A DNA stretch of 63,904 bases, filler included, from Rhizaria sp. SCN 62-66 (lineage: Eukaryota), in the NCBI GenBank assembly GCA_001724265.1. It is 3 parts of 3 records of this genome, joined end to end, with 100 filler letters (N's around TTAATTAATTAA, not from the genome) between each part and the next. Parts side by side here need not be neighbours in the genome. Positions count along the whole stretch, not along the records: positions 1 to 18,294 come from MEDY01000477.1; positions 18,395 to 45,924 come from MEDY01000478.1; 1 more part is not named here. One strand, written 5' to 3'. The translations under genes and the position numbers were made by a program. The notes beneath the pieces are model-generated. The model had not been told where the DNA came from. It was given only the letters and a program-made list of their open reading frames with translations, and made no database searches. Shown here piece after piece: positions 11,215 through 22,677 of this stretch (positions are counted from its first letter, which is position 1; each line of letters starts with the position of its first letter).

Positions 11215-12519
11215 TCATTGGACGATGGTGAGCGCGAGCCCGGTCTGCGCGATGACGTGCGGTACGCCCTCGAAGCGCCACACCACAGCCAGCGGGTAGG
11301 TGCCTTTGGGGCAGCCGTCGCAGCGCGCCGTCTCGGTCTGGAACACACTGCCACGCGCGTTGTAGGGCGCGAGCGGGAAGAACTCGCCGTGCGGCATGCC
11401 CGTCACGGTGAGCTCGTACGGCACCACGTCGGGCAGCGAGCGCACAGTAAGGTAGAATTTGAACACGGCCGAGGACGGCGCCGCGGGCGGGGACAGGTGC
11501 GTCGCCGTCAGCGGCGGCAGCCAGATGAAGCCCTCCTTGAGCACCGCGCTCACGGTCTTTTTGGCGGTCGTGGCGGTAAAGACGACATCGACGCGCGACA
11601 GCGGCGCGGGGCACGGGCCGTCGGTCACCATCGCCACACCGGTCGCGGCGTCCGCAGTGACCGTGGCGGCAGAGCTCTCGGTGTCAGAGGACGCGGCGGC
11701 GAAGGGCACGGAGACGCAGCCGAGGGGCAGCGAGCAGGTGATCTGCGCGGAGTCGTTGTCGACGAGCACGTCCACCTCGACTCCCGCGCAGGGCACGCCG
11801 CCCACGGTGACCGCGAGCACTGCGCCGGGGCCCGTGAGCTGCTCGGTGGCGAAGCCAAGCACGGTGAAGAGAACGTCCATGGAGCCGCTCTTGCTGATGA
11901 AGGCGTAAGGAGAAAGCAGCTTGCCAATGCTACCGCGGTACTCCGCCACAGAAGAGTCGACAGCGCGAGGACTGTTTGCGGTCATGCCGCTGTTGTCGAT
12001 GCGAGCAATGGAGTGGTAGTTGTCGTTGATGGTGAAGTTGAACTTGGAGACAGTGGTGAACTTGTAGCGCGGAGAGAAGATCTCAATCGGACCACTGCGC
12101 GGGTACACGTCGTTGTCATTGACAGTCGTCGTAGCAGCAGTGGCAGAGTGGCGACTGCAGTCATGCTCAGAAGCAGAGGAGGCTCTAGCAGCGGTAGCAG
12201 CGGTGCTGTTGAGGGGCAGGGAGAGGTAGCCCTGAATCCAGCCCTGGCCGCAGTCCGTGATCGTCATCGGCGCGCCCGCGGCGGTGATGCGGTAGCGGAA
12301 AAGCGAGTCGCGGGCGCAGTCGCGCTCGGGGATGATCGCGTACGAGTCGTCAATGACGATGAGCAGGGAGTTGGTCGGACCCGCCTTGAGCGCCAAAAGG
12401 TCCATCGACGACGGCTGCGCGTACAGCATCGTCGGGTTCAGTTGCGCAAGCGCGGAGCCTGCAAGCAGGCACAACGCCAGAGCCGTGAGGGTCACGACGG
12501 AGAGAGAACGCGGCAGCAT
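11215..12519 (-). CDS. Secreted protein with an IPT/TIG-like beta domain, 434 aa
   Basis: Signal peptide (MLPRSLSVVTLTALALCLLAGSALA) and the IPT-like motif VTVGGVPC...QITCSLP.G. No TM anchor seen. Ends TGA. Confidence 0.75.
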   Translation of the reverse strand: MLPRSLSVVTLTALALCLLAGSALAQLNPTMLYAQPSSMDLLALKAGPTNSLLIVIDDSYAIIPERDCARDSLFRYRITAAGAPMTITDCGQGWIQGYLSLPLNSTAATAARASSASEHDCSRHSATAATTTVNDNDVYPRSGPIEIFSPRYKFTTVSKFNFTINDNYHSIARIDNSGMTANSPRAVDSSVAEYRGSIGKLLSPYAFISKSGSMDVLFTVLGFATEQLTGPGAVLAVTVGGVPCAGVEVDVLVDNDSAQITCSLPLGCVSVPFAAASSDTESSAATVTADAATGVAMVTDGPCPAPLSRVDVVFTATTAKKTVSAVLKEGFIWLPPLTATHLSPPAAPSSAVFKFYLTVRSLPDVVPYELTVTGMPHGEFFPLAPYNARGSVFQTETARCDGCPKGTYPLAVVWRFEGVPHVIAQTGLALTIVQ

Positions 12520-12971
12520 CGGGCGGAGAGCGATTGGGCGTGCCCTAGGTTTCTAACCAAAGAGAAAGTAGCGAGTAAATCATGGTAAATGCAGTTTTGA
12601 CGAAATGTTGTTTTGTGAACATACAAATAAACACATAAAAAGTTAGAATTTCCCACTTTGATACAATTGAACGATCATTATGTTTCACACGGATAGCTTT
12701 CATTTACCATCAGTTGACGGACGTCGTCACCGAGAACCCCACAACCGCAAGCCGATGCTGTAAAGTCGCACAAGAGGAGACCTACTACTTTAATTTTGAG
12801 GCGCGTCGAGCTAAAATAAGAGTATCTATGTATATTACAGCAATTATCACATATGGCCCCCGCAACAACACAAAAATCTGAGAGTCAACGTGTATATCCC
12901 CCAATGTAACAAGCATATCCACTCGCAGTGCAGCGTAACATTGTTTGCACTTGCCACATACAGCGCCGCGC

Positions 12972-15091
12972 TCAAACCTTGGCCTGCAGCAGCGAGGCCT
13001 TGCCGGCGACGGTCTCAGGGACCTCCTCGTCGGCCTCCTCCCAGCCCAGCGCGCGCTCGACAGCCTTATTCCACTTGCGGATGTGCCGCGCGCGTACCGC
13101 CTCGGCCATGTTGGGCGAGTACACGATGCGGCCGCCTTCGCTCACGCCCGAGCTCGGGCCCTTGAGCGTCTTAGACGCGCCCGCGCCGGCAGTGGCGCGC
13201 GCGGCCGCCGCGGCGTCGGGCCACACGCCCGCGCCGATGCCGGCGGCTACCGCGGCGCCCAGGGCCGTGCGCTCGTCCATCCTAGGGAGAATTAACACAG
13301 TTGGCGACGAATGAATGATGAGCGATTATAGAAGTAAATCACAAAGAGCAAAACATATACATACAATTCAGTGCATAGTACCCCAATGAAGTCTTTGATA
13401 CGAAATAACAACAACGACAATAAGACACATTCAACGTGAAAAAGTTGCTTCCGCTTTGATTCGTTTGGACGTACTTAGCGTACTGCACGGGCGTGCCGAG
13501 AAGGTCTGCCTGGAACTGACACAGCAGCGCCGAGCGCGACATGCCGCCGTCAACGCGGAGCCCCGATACGGGCAGCTTTGACTCAGCCTCCATGACCGAC
13601 AACACGTCCTTGGTCTGGAACGCAGCCGCCTCGAGCGCCGCGCGGCACAGGTGGGCCTTTTTCGCGAACCGCGTGAGCCCGACGACGACGCCGCGCGCGT
13701 CGTCGCGCCAGTGCGGCGAGAGCAACCCCGAGAAGGCGGGCACGAAGTAGACGCCGCCGTTGTCGCTGACACCCTCGGCGAGCGCGTCGATCTCCTTAGC
13801 CGAGGCCACCAGCTCGAGCGACTGCTGCAGCCACGTTAGCGCAGCCCCCGCCACGGCGACGGAGCCCTCGAGCGCGTACTGGCACTGCGCGGCGGGCGCG
13901 AGCTTGAACGCGACCGTGGTAAGGAGCCCGCGCGTCGACGGCACGGGTACGGCGCCCGTGTTCATCAGCAGGAATGCGCCGGTGCCGTAGGTCGCCTTGG
14001 CGTCGCCGGGCGCGAGGCACATCTGGCCCAGCAGCGCGCCCTGCTGGTCGCCAATAAGCCCCGTAACGCGCGCGCCCGCCAGCGGCAGCCCGCGCGCGAC
14101 GGCGCCGAAGCCGTCCTTCTCGGCGTTACACAACACCTTGGGCAGCCAGGTCGTGCTCACGCCGAGCTCCGCGCAGATGTCACTGTCCCAGTCTAGCGAG
14201 GCGAGCGAGAGCAGCAGCGTGCGCGAGGCGTTGCTGACGTCCGTGGCGTGGATGCCGCCGTGTTGAGCGCCGCCCGTGAGGTTGTACAGCAGCCACGAGT
14301 CGACGGTGCCGACGCGCAGCGTGCCCTTGGCCGCGGCGGCGGCGACGGCGGGCGCGTGCCTCAGCAGCCACTGCAATTTAAGCGCGGAAAAGTACGTGCT
14401 GATCGACAGCCCCGTGCGCGCGCGGTAGCGGTCCGCGCCGGCGACGGGAAACGCGGCCGAGGCGGGACGCTGCTGCAGCTCGTGGCAGAGGTGGGAAGTG
14501 CGGAGGTCGGACCAGACGAGCGCGTTGTACAGGGGCTTGCCCGTGACCGAGTCCCAAGGCACAAGCGTCTCGCGCTGGTTCGTAATCCCAATGCACGCGA
14601 GGTCGTCGGTCTATTGACGCACGAATGAGGAACAAGAAGCAAGAACATAATTCACGTTAGGGGAGTTGTGAGTGGACGAGAACATTGCGAGAGAGCAGAA
14701 TAGAGTCCTCGAGGAGACAGCAGGAGCTCATTGCAATGCGGCATGGGCGATACATCATACGTACGTTGATTTTCTCCGCGACGGCGGCCATGCAGCCGAG
14801 GACGGAGTCGAGGATCTCGCGGGGGTCCTGTTCCTGCCACCCGGGCTGAGGGAAGTAGTTGGGCAGCGCCAGCTGGTGCGACGCCACGATCTCGCCGGCC
14901 TCCGAAAAAACGATGAAACGCGACGATGTCGTGCCCTGGTCAATCGCGCTGTGATGATACGGAAAAACAAGAGGACGAGGGAGAGAGTGAGAGACAGAGG
15001 CGGAGATACGGGGGCAAAGGGCGGCGTTGAGGACCGTCAGGGCGGAAAAAATATTTCGGAGGAGGTTTACGTACCCAATGAGCTTCGGCAT
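12972..15091 (-). CDS. GK: Glycerol kinase, 548 aa; exons 15091-15075, 14948-14765, 14610-13475, 13281-12972
   Basis: Spliced product has [76 protein letters not shown]. All three donors are GTACGT and phases are consistent. Ends TGA. Confidence 0.97.
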
Positions 15092-15672
15092 TGCAAGCGG
15101 TTCTGATGCAGTACAGGTTGTAAACGGAATGGTTCATGCAAAGTGGTTAACAAGTAGTTAGTACGATTTAGTGTGATCTATGGCGGGTGATTTGGGGGAG
15201 TTTGGGTCGAGTCGAAATGGGTCGAATGAATGTGCGCGTATAGAGCGAGAATGGACATCGATAGACTCATAAAAAGTAGAACAAGTACAAAAACCACAGT
15301 TAGGCTAGGCTGCATGTCTGTCAGACTAGTAACGGACGTACGCCGTTGCTTTGAGGCCCGATTTTGCAAGGTCACCCCTTGATCTCGGTCGGCGAGTGCC
15401 TCGACTGTGGCCCGTTGGGGGTTCTCCGGCTCAGAGGTTGTTTTCGCCGATATTGACAGACAACATGTGACTACTACTACTGAGAAAAATGGAAGAAAAA
15501 ATATATTAACGTGTTATGTGAGCAAATATGAAGTTGTGGAGTCATTGGAGTGGTTGCAAGTTTGTCATATTTGGACATGCACAAACAGTTTTTGGTTGAG
15601 CCGGTTCTGAAAAAAAACACCTGCTGGTTGGTGGCTTGCTTTGACCATGCGTACTTTCGTATATATCCTCCG

Positions 15673-17112
15673 GACGGCAACAAACATCACCGCCTCAACA
15701 CATGATTTTAAACTAAACCGTGCATTTTCTATATTTTCTCATTGCTATCTTGCGATTCTATCGGGGTTTTCACGTGATTTTCCACGTGTTCTTTGTAGGT
15801 TCCATGCTTGAAGAACTCCCTGTCGACGACTGTTTTTTCGTTGAGGACTTTGTGAATGAGGTGGTAGCCGCCAGCATCGTTCGCGTGACTGAGGACAGCA
15901 TTACCAACAAAGTGCTCAACAAGACCTACACGGTATGTTCCACAGGTGGTCGTGCTTTTTGCCTGGACTGCGGCTACGCGCTCTCAGCCCACCGCCGCAA
16001 GCCCGTCGCCCCCGTCGTCGCCGCCGCCCCCCGCACAGTGTAGTCTAAGGAGGACCTCATGGAGGCCTGCGAGGTCAATACCATGGATGACGCGGATGCG
16101 AGGGAGCTCATTAACAAGTATGGTGGACGTCATTTCAACCCCGACGTGTGTAGGCTCATCAACAATGCCTACAAGAGGCGCCCTGGCACCTCGACACGTT
16201 TCCATTTTACCGATATATCTGCCATTACGTTTAACGAACAATACTTTGATGAGAAAATGCATCCATATATCATGTCCGGGTTAACAATGTCACCGGACGC
16301 TCTTGCATCGTCAAGTTTGTCCCGGTTGACGCCACTGTGTCATCACACATGGAGCTCAAAGTCGCTGAGATGACGCCATCGTGCGCAGACCTCGTGCATT
16401 GCTCCGTCATCCGGGCCAAAGAGTCCATTACGAATAAGGTCGGCATTGTGATGGATTACTTCCCTATCACGGTTGAAAAGAGCACTCCGCACAGGCACGA
16501 CACGCTCACCCGCCGCATCAAGAGTATTGGCGTCGCCCTCGATTTCCTGCACGAGAACTCAATCGCCCACATGGACATCAAGCCGGCCAATATCTTCATC
16601 TCGCAGGAGGGCGAGTGGAAGCTGGGCGACTTTGGCTCTGCCTGCCCCTTTGACAAACCCATTCACTCCACAACAAACCGCTTCCACCTCACTACTACAG
16701 AGCTGGATGTGGCAACGGCACAGATCGACTGGGGCATGCTGCTGTGCACGCTCGCCTTTATCATGAGCCGCGCGGAGGGAGGGGGGTCACAATCGCCTGT
16801 TAAAGTCGCTCAGGACCCGAGCGTCGGCCTTTCTCGCGGACACATGGTCGCAAGCGCGCGGGAAGCGATCCTGGCCACAGCGACGGGCGAGCTCAAGACG
16901 CTTATTGAGGAGTGGAAGGGCAAGGCGGGTTCGAAGTAAGAAATCTCTTTAAAGATCATATTTTATAAATACTATACATGTATTTTGTTGTTACTTTCGT
17001 TCGAGTCGTCATCGACAAACCATCTTCATACAGCTTTCAGTAATACATTTGATCAATCTTAAAGCTAGCTGCATTCACATTGTCACATCACAAATGCCCA
17101 GCAAAAGCATTT
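15673..17112 (+). repeat. Dispersed ~1.45-kb duplication, homologous to 62218-63817 (reverse strand)
   Basis: Similarity covers the kinase ORF and both non-coding flanks (e.g. CAACACATGATTTTAAACTAAACCGTGCATT upstream, CATCTTCATACAGCTT...AAAGCTAGCTG downstream). Confidence 0.92.
15804..16939 (+). pseudogene. Zn-finger-like + divergent protein kinase, copy 1 (frameshifted)
   Basis: HMDIKPANIF and LGDFG motifs. Relative to the 62462-63697 paralog: TAG at 16041-16043 (GAG in paralog), a 1-nt deletion near 16283 and an in-frame deletion before MELKVA. Ends TAA. Confidence 0.85.
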
Positions 17113-18294
17113 GCAAAAGCAATCCATCCGTCCACACGCGTTCGCTCAGTCGGTTCCGAAAAATGTGGTGAGTGTCTTTGGTGCTCCTGTGTGTGCGGTG
17201 CGAATCAAGCCGCACGTGTGAAGAGTCCGCGAGTCAATTCGACACGACCATTTTTAGACCGATTCTGTCAACATATCGCGTTCTAGTATGCGTCATTGAT
17301 GAGTCTGATCTCCATTCTATATGTTACTAGTAAACATCTTCCTCGTTCGTTCGTCGCAATTTGCATCGGTGGCATCGTATTTTTTGCTATCAGCGGCACT
17401 CCTGTCGCTACGGAGCACTGTGACACAGTCTCATCAGAATACGAACGCTGCTCTTGAAGCCCGAGACGAGGCTGCCCGCCGTGATCGGCCGAGAAGTCTC
17501 AACAGCTTCTACGCAAAGAGCAAGCCGTAGAGTAGTGTGAACACAAATATTAATAATGTCAGTTAGTCCATGCGTTGTCCTCTGCAACTCCATTCTCTCA
17601 AACTCGAATGTTCATGACAATCCTTATAGTCGTCATAATATTTTTCACAATCCTAACTACTCATCATAATCAATCCATAAACACTTTTATCATATGCGCA
17701 AATCAGCAAATACTAGCAAATCTTACATTGTATAGTATTAATAAAACTATGAAGCGTTATATTTGTTCCGATGACAAATCATTACGTTGGTGCCCAATGA
17801 TCCACTTGCATGCCATCCAGATTTTAGGCACAAGTGCGCTTACAAGCACGCAAAAACCTGTTGTTGCCACGTTTTGCACATAGGATTTGACCTTCCGGCG
17901 CACTGTACATCAGTTATGATGATTATCTCACGCCGCTGGCGCCGACAGCGCCTGCACTTTCTGTGAACTGGCCACCACTTTCTCGGAGCGCTGGACGACC
18001 GGGTTAAACATACAAAACTTAAGGAAAATTATAAAGGTATTATATTTTCAAACACTGCTAAAATCCGAGAATGCAATTTTAGTGTCAATTGACGGAAAAA
18101 TCACAGATATTGGCGCCCTATTCAATCATGTTCATGAGGATTTCGGGTGCGAGCGCGTTTCGATTTGGACGCGGTCTCCTGGGTTGCAGACTGGGATTGA
18201 TATTTTGAGAACCCCAACGGAAGGGACGGGGCAGGTGGTGTCGAAGAGTGCGCAACTACAATGTGAGATTGCTAACCATTTGCGCACAAACACG

Positions 18295-18394
18295 NNNNNN
18301 NNNNNNNNNNNNNNNNNNNNNNNNNNNNNNNNNNNNNNTTAATTAATTAANNNNNNNNNNNNNNNNNNNNNNNNNNNNNNNNNNNNNNNNNNNN
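18295..18394. other. Artificial contig-joining spacer (44 N + TTAATTAATTAA + 44 N)
   Basis: Exactly 100 nt with a six-frame-stop palindrome. Identical to the spacer at 45925-46024. Confidence 0.97.
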
Positions 18395-19388
18395 GACGCG
18401 TCTGCGCGCAGCGTCGAGCCCGGCGGCCAGCGCGCGGTCGCGAGCCGCCAGCGCGAGCGCGGCGGCGGCGGCGGCGGCGGCGCGCGCGGCGGCGCGGGCC
18501 TGGGCGCCCGCGACAGCCGTGAGACGCGTGTGGCCGCGGAAGAGCGCGGCGATGTCGCTGACGCCCGCGCGCGCGAAGCGGCCCGCGTGGTGCTCGTGCG
18601 CGGCGAGGTAGAAGTGGTGCGGGACGGACCAGCGGTACACGGCCTGGGACTCGAGCCGCGCGCGGACCCCCGCGGCCGTGGCCGAAGCGTTAGTGACGGC
18701 CGCCGCCCAGGCCTCGAGCCCCGCCGCGCGCAGCCGCGCGTGTGCGGCGGTGGACAGCAGGGCCGGCACGGCGCGGCGGGTCTGCGCGGCGCGGTGCGTC
18801 AACAGCAGGTGCAGGCGCGCGATGTGGCGCGAGAGCAGGCGCGCGCGGCGGGCTAACAAGTCGAGCCGCACGCGCTTAAGGCACTAGTCCGCGCGCACGT
18901 AGCCCAGCAGCAGCCCGCGGCGCTGGAGGATGTGGCGCACGTCCGCCTCCGTGATCGGCACGAAGCCGCTGCTGTTGCCGCTGCTGTTGGCCGCGGTCGC
19001 AGTAGCGCTCGCAGGCGCAGTCGTGGTGTTCGCCTTGCTGTTGTTGTTGCTGTTGTTGCTGTTAGTATTGACACTAGCGAGAGTTTGCGCGTGAGCGGTC
19101 TGGTGGCGAGGAACGGGGGAAGCCAAGGCTGGAGACTGAGCATTGACAGCAGATGCAGAGAGTGCATGATTCGCGCCAGTGTTGGAAGCGCCATTGTTGC
19201 TGCTGTTGCTGTTGCCGTTGCCGTTGTTGTTCAGCGCGGCGGCGGCGGAGGGGGAGAATGCGCGCGGCGGCGACAACAGCGACGAAGACGGCAGCGGGGG
19301 AGGCGACACAGGTGCGGGGGACGCGGCCTGACTTCGAGACGTCTGGGTCTGGGTGCCAATCTTGCCGTTTTGCTGCAGCAGCTGATGT

Positions 19389-19423
<35 letters not shown>

Positions 19424-20779
19424 CTGCAATTGTTGATGGGTGGAGTGTGACCGTGGCCAGGAACGAGGGCTGGCGTTGTTCTGAATGAAAGCCGCGTTGT
19501 TCTGAACAAAGGCCGTGTGATTGTTCTGAATGAAGGTCGCATTGCTACTCTGCACAGTACTTAAAGTCTGAGTCTGCAGCTGCTGCTGCTTTGACTGTAA
19601 CTGCGACTGAGATTGCGGCTGCTGCTGCTGCTGCTGCTGTAGTTGCTGTTGCTGTTGCTGTTTCTGTTGTTGCTGCTGGGGGCACAGCAAAGCAAGTCCG
19701 GGGCTAAGCCCGGGGGCTGAGGAGGCTGGCACAGGCTTCTTAGCATTCGTGGTGGTGGCGAACGCACTCGTACTCGCATTGCTACTGCCCTTAGAGGTAT
19801 TAGTGCTGTTGTTGTTGTTGTTGTTATGTGAGGGCGACACAGGGAACAGGTTCCTCACGATAGCCCCGCTGGCACCGGCAGCAGCATTGCTCGCGCCAGA
19901 AGCGGCCTCGCTTGCGCTGTTATGCTGACTGTGACTGCTATTGCTCTCCTGCTCCTGCTTCTGCCGCGGCTGCCCATTGCTGCCGTTGCCGCTCCCATAG
20001 TACTGCTGCGGCGGCAGCGGCTGCGGCTGCGGCAGCGGGCGCGGGGACAGGAGCGGCGCGGCGGCGGCGGCGGCGGCGGCGGGCGTCGAGAGTCTGGGGT
20101 CACACAACGCGTCCAGGTCGAGCTCGGCCTCGGCGCCAGGCACCGTCCCCCACTGGCATCCCCAGCCGCCAGAGCCGGAGCCGGAGACTGTGAGAGCCCC
20201 CGCCTCGCCCATAGTAGCGGCGGCGGCAGTCGCAGGCGCAGCTGAGCCGGCGGCCGCAGCACTGGTACTGGTGAGACTGTGGTTGAGGCTGTTAGAGTTG
20301 TGGCTGCTATTCTGAGCGTGAGAGTGAGCGTTCTGAGTCGGTGAGTTCAAAGGCGTAACTCCCGTGCCCTGCTGCTGCTGCTGTTGTTGCTGGGTTGTCG
20401 CGCCCGCAGCGGCGGCCTCGGCCGGCAGGGGCGCCCAGAGCCGTCCCTCCGCCGCCGCGGCCTCGGCCTCCGTGAGCAGCGGTCGCGCGAGGTGGTAGAG
20501 ATCCAGCAGCGCGAGGCGCAGGGACCGGTCGAGTGCGCTGCGGCGCGCGGGCGGCACGGGCGCGCGCAACAGCGCGGCGGCGCCCGCGGGCGGCGGCGGC
20601 GGCATCGGGCGGGCGGGCGGGCACTCGGGCGCGGACAGCAACGCAGAGCTGAGAAGAGAAGGGAGCTGTTGTGCTGAGTCAAGGCGCGAGGCAGGAGAGA
20701 GGGGAGCCGGCGGTCCAGTGCGCGGCGCTATATCAGGTTGTTTGGGGGTAATACAGCTGTTGGGGGGAATATTGATGCC
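18395..20779 (-). CDS. Large orphan protein with Q/N/S/A low complexity, partial (5' exon unresolved, 3' end in gap); in-frame TAG at 18884-18886
   Basis: Frame is open from about 20779 to the gap except for one TAG (YVRAD*CLKRVRLDLL). About 163 GC3-rich codons follow it. Confidence 0.75.
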
Positions 20780-21525
20780 TTATAAAGCCTGTAAAGGTGC
20801 GCAAAGAGCGGGGAAGAGCGGAGGTGTGGAGCGTAAGAGGGATTGGGAACGCGGCAGGGAGGGGGCCGTGGGGCAGGTGGTGACGTCGACGGGGGCAATG
20901 CGAGTGCGCGAGCGGGTGAAATGCAAGTGATAAGCAAGGAGAGCGCGTGCGGGGGTAGAGCAAAAAGTGAGGTACGGAAATGAAAAGAATAATCCGGAAA
21001 GGGGAAAAGGCGGAAGAGCCAGGCGCGGAGAGAGTCGCGGCAGTAAGCAAGCAACTTAGAGAGGAGCAGCCGCTTAGAAGAACCACGCCATTCTCGACAG
21101 AATAGTCGTTAGATAAAAAGAAAACCTGGATTATTGTAGAATAACTCCCGTTGTCTCGATATATAGAGGAGATATCCTATTTGACGACGTCTCTAGCTGG
21201 AATGGCATTGCGAACGAATCGCGCCAGTCCATGCCGTCGCACAGAACCAAGGGCGACCGCGGGCGCGACTGGCTGTGGCGGGTCGATGTGAACCCCTTCT
21301 TAAAGTGTATGTAGCGCCACGGTTAGTCCGTTCACGTGGCATATCTCTGCGAAAAGTGATGTTTATTTTAGATTTCCTATATTTTCCTTAAATTGCACTA
21401 CTAAAACACTGATCCCTCACGTCTCCACGTCCCGTCCCCCACAGCTCCTCCCTCACTCAGTAACCGCCTCTCCCCCGGCCTTGCTCTCAGCAGCTCCCCG
21501 CCGTCCCCCGCAGCTCGCCCACTTG

Positions 21526-22107
21526 ATGTCCAATCCCGCGGACCCGTTTCAGTTGGCGCCTGTGCTCGCGCACGCCTCCGCGCTCCGCGGCGGCGAGCCC
21601 CTGCCGCTGCCCGACCGCGTTTTGCTCGCGACACAGCACGTCCGCTCGCTCGCGTATGACAGCTCCCCGCCCGACGCGCCCGGCGCACGCGACCGGCCGC
21701 CGCTGCCCGAGGCGCAGGCGCGCGAGGTCGAGCGGCTGGCGCGCCCGCGGCCCGGCGCCACGCGCGAGAAACGGCCCGTGGGCGCCGCGGCGGCCGTCGC
21801 GGACGAGGAGGCTCGCGCCAAGGCCACAGCGCGGTGGCAAAACACGCGGAACGAGGCCCCCGCGGCCAACGCCGCGTATCTCGACGCGCTGGCGAAGCCG
21901 ACGCGGCGGCGGGAGAAGTTCGTTGCGCCGGCGTTTGACCCCGAGCGGCACCAGCGGCGCACGGAGCCCGTGGGCAACGCGGCGGAGCTGGAGCGGCTGG
22001 CCCAGATGCCCAAGCGGAAACGCGGCGTCTACACCGGCAAGTTCGACGGCAAGGATCCGCACGATATCAAGAATAAGAGCAACAAGTCCGCCGGGGGCGC
22101 TGCGTGA
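21526..22107 (+). CDS. Small basic protein with three (R/A)LAxP-type repeats, THEG-repeat-like
   Basis: GC3-rich ORF with repeats VERLARPR, LDALAKPT, LERLAQMP. Ends TGA. Confidence 0.65.
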   Translation: MSNPADPFQLAPVLAHASALRGGEPLPLPDRVLLATQHVRSLAYDSSPPDAPGARDRPPLPEAQAREVERLARPRPGATREKRPVGAAAAVADEEARAKATARWQNTRNEAPAANAAYLDALAKPTRRREKFVAPAFDPERHQRRTEPVGNAAELERLAQMPKRKRGVYTGKFDGKDPHDIKNKSNKSAGGAA

Positions 22108-22677
22108 AGCGGCTTAATCAACAGTGCGCTTTTATTGTTTGTGCTGTCTCTCAGAAGAATGGCTGTGTTGTTCAGGTCGGTTTGTTTGTGTGAATGAGTG
22201 ATTGACTTAAAAAGAAGGGAGGGCCTTCGTGTGGTCCTTTTCAAGGTATATTCATGCGTTGCGCTGTAGAAATTAACTTGATTAAGTGTACTTGGTCCGT
22301 TTTAATAAAACATATCCAGATTTAAACTTGGAGTCGTTCGTTAAGCGCATCAACGCGCATCGCAAAGTGGAGCGATCACCACTCGTTTGGTAACCGTTGA
22401 GAGAGAGCTCCATCTCCATCTGTATGGACCGACCGATGGCATTTTGATCAAAGTCAAAACTTCAAAGCGCGATATCGACCTTAAATCATCGTTGATTCCG
22501 ATTGTCAGTGTATTAACTAAATATTAAACTTACATAATACTACTATTTTAAATTAAATTTCCAAAGAAGCGCGTCTACACGCCCCCCAAAGCCCTGGCGC
22601 CAACCCTTGCCACAGCCCACTTCCCCGAACCCTTACCCTGCCTTCGTGCCACCGCTGCGCCCGTCAACGCTTCCCCG

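Noticed and set aside
17911-17970. Box C/D snoRNA-like pattern (ATGATGA, short CAGTT/AACTG stem)
   Set aside because: The D box reads GTGA rather than CTGA, and I could not identify an rRNA-complementary guide.
18339-18350. TTAATTAATTAA palindrome as a biological site or piggyBac target
   Set aside because: Centred in a fixed 100-nt N spacer and repeated identically at 45969-45980, so it is an assembly linker.
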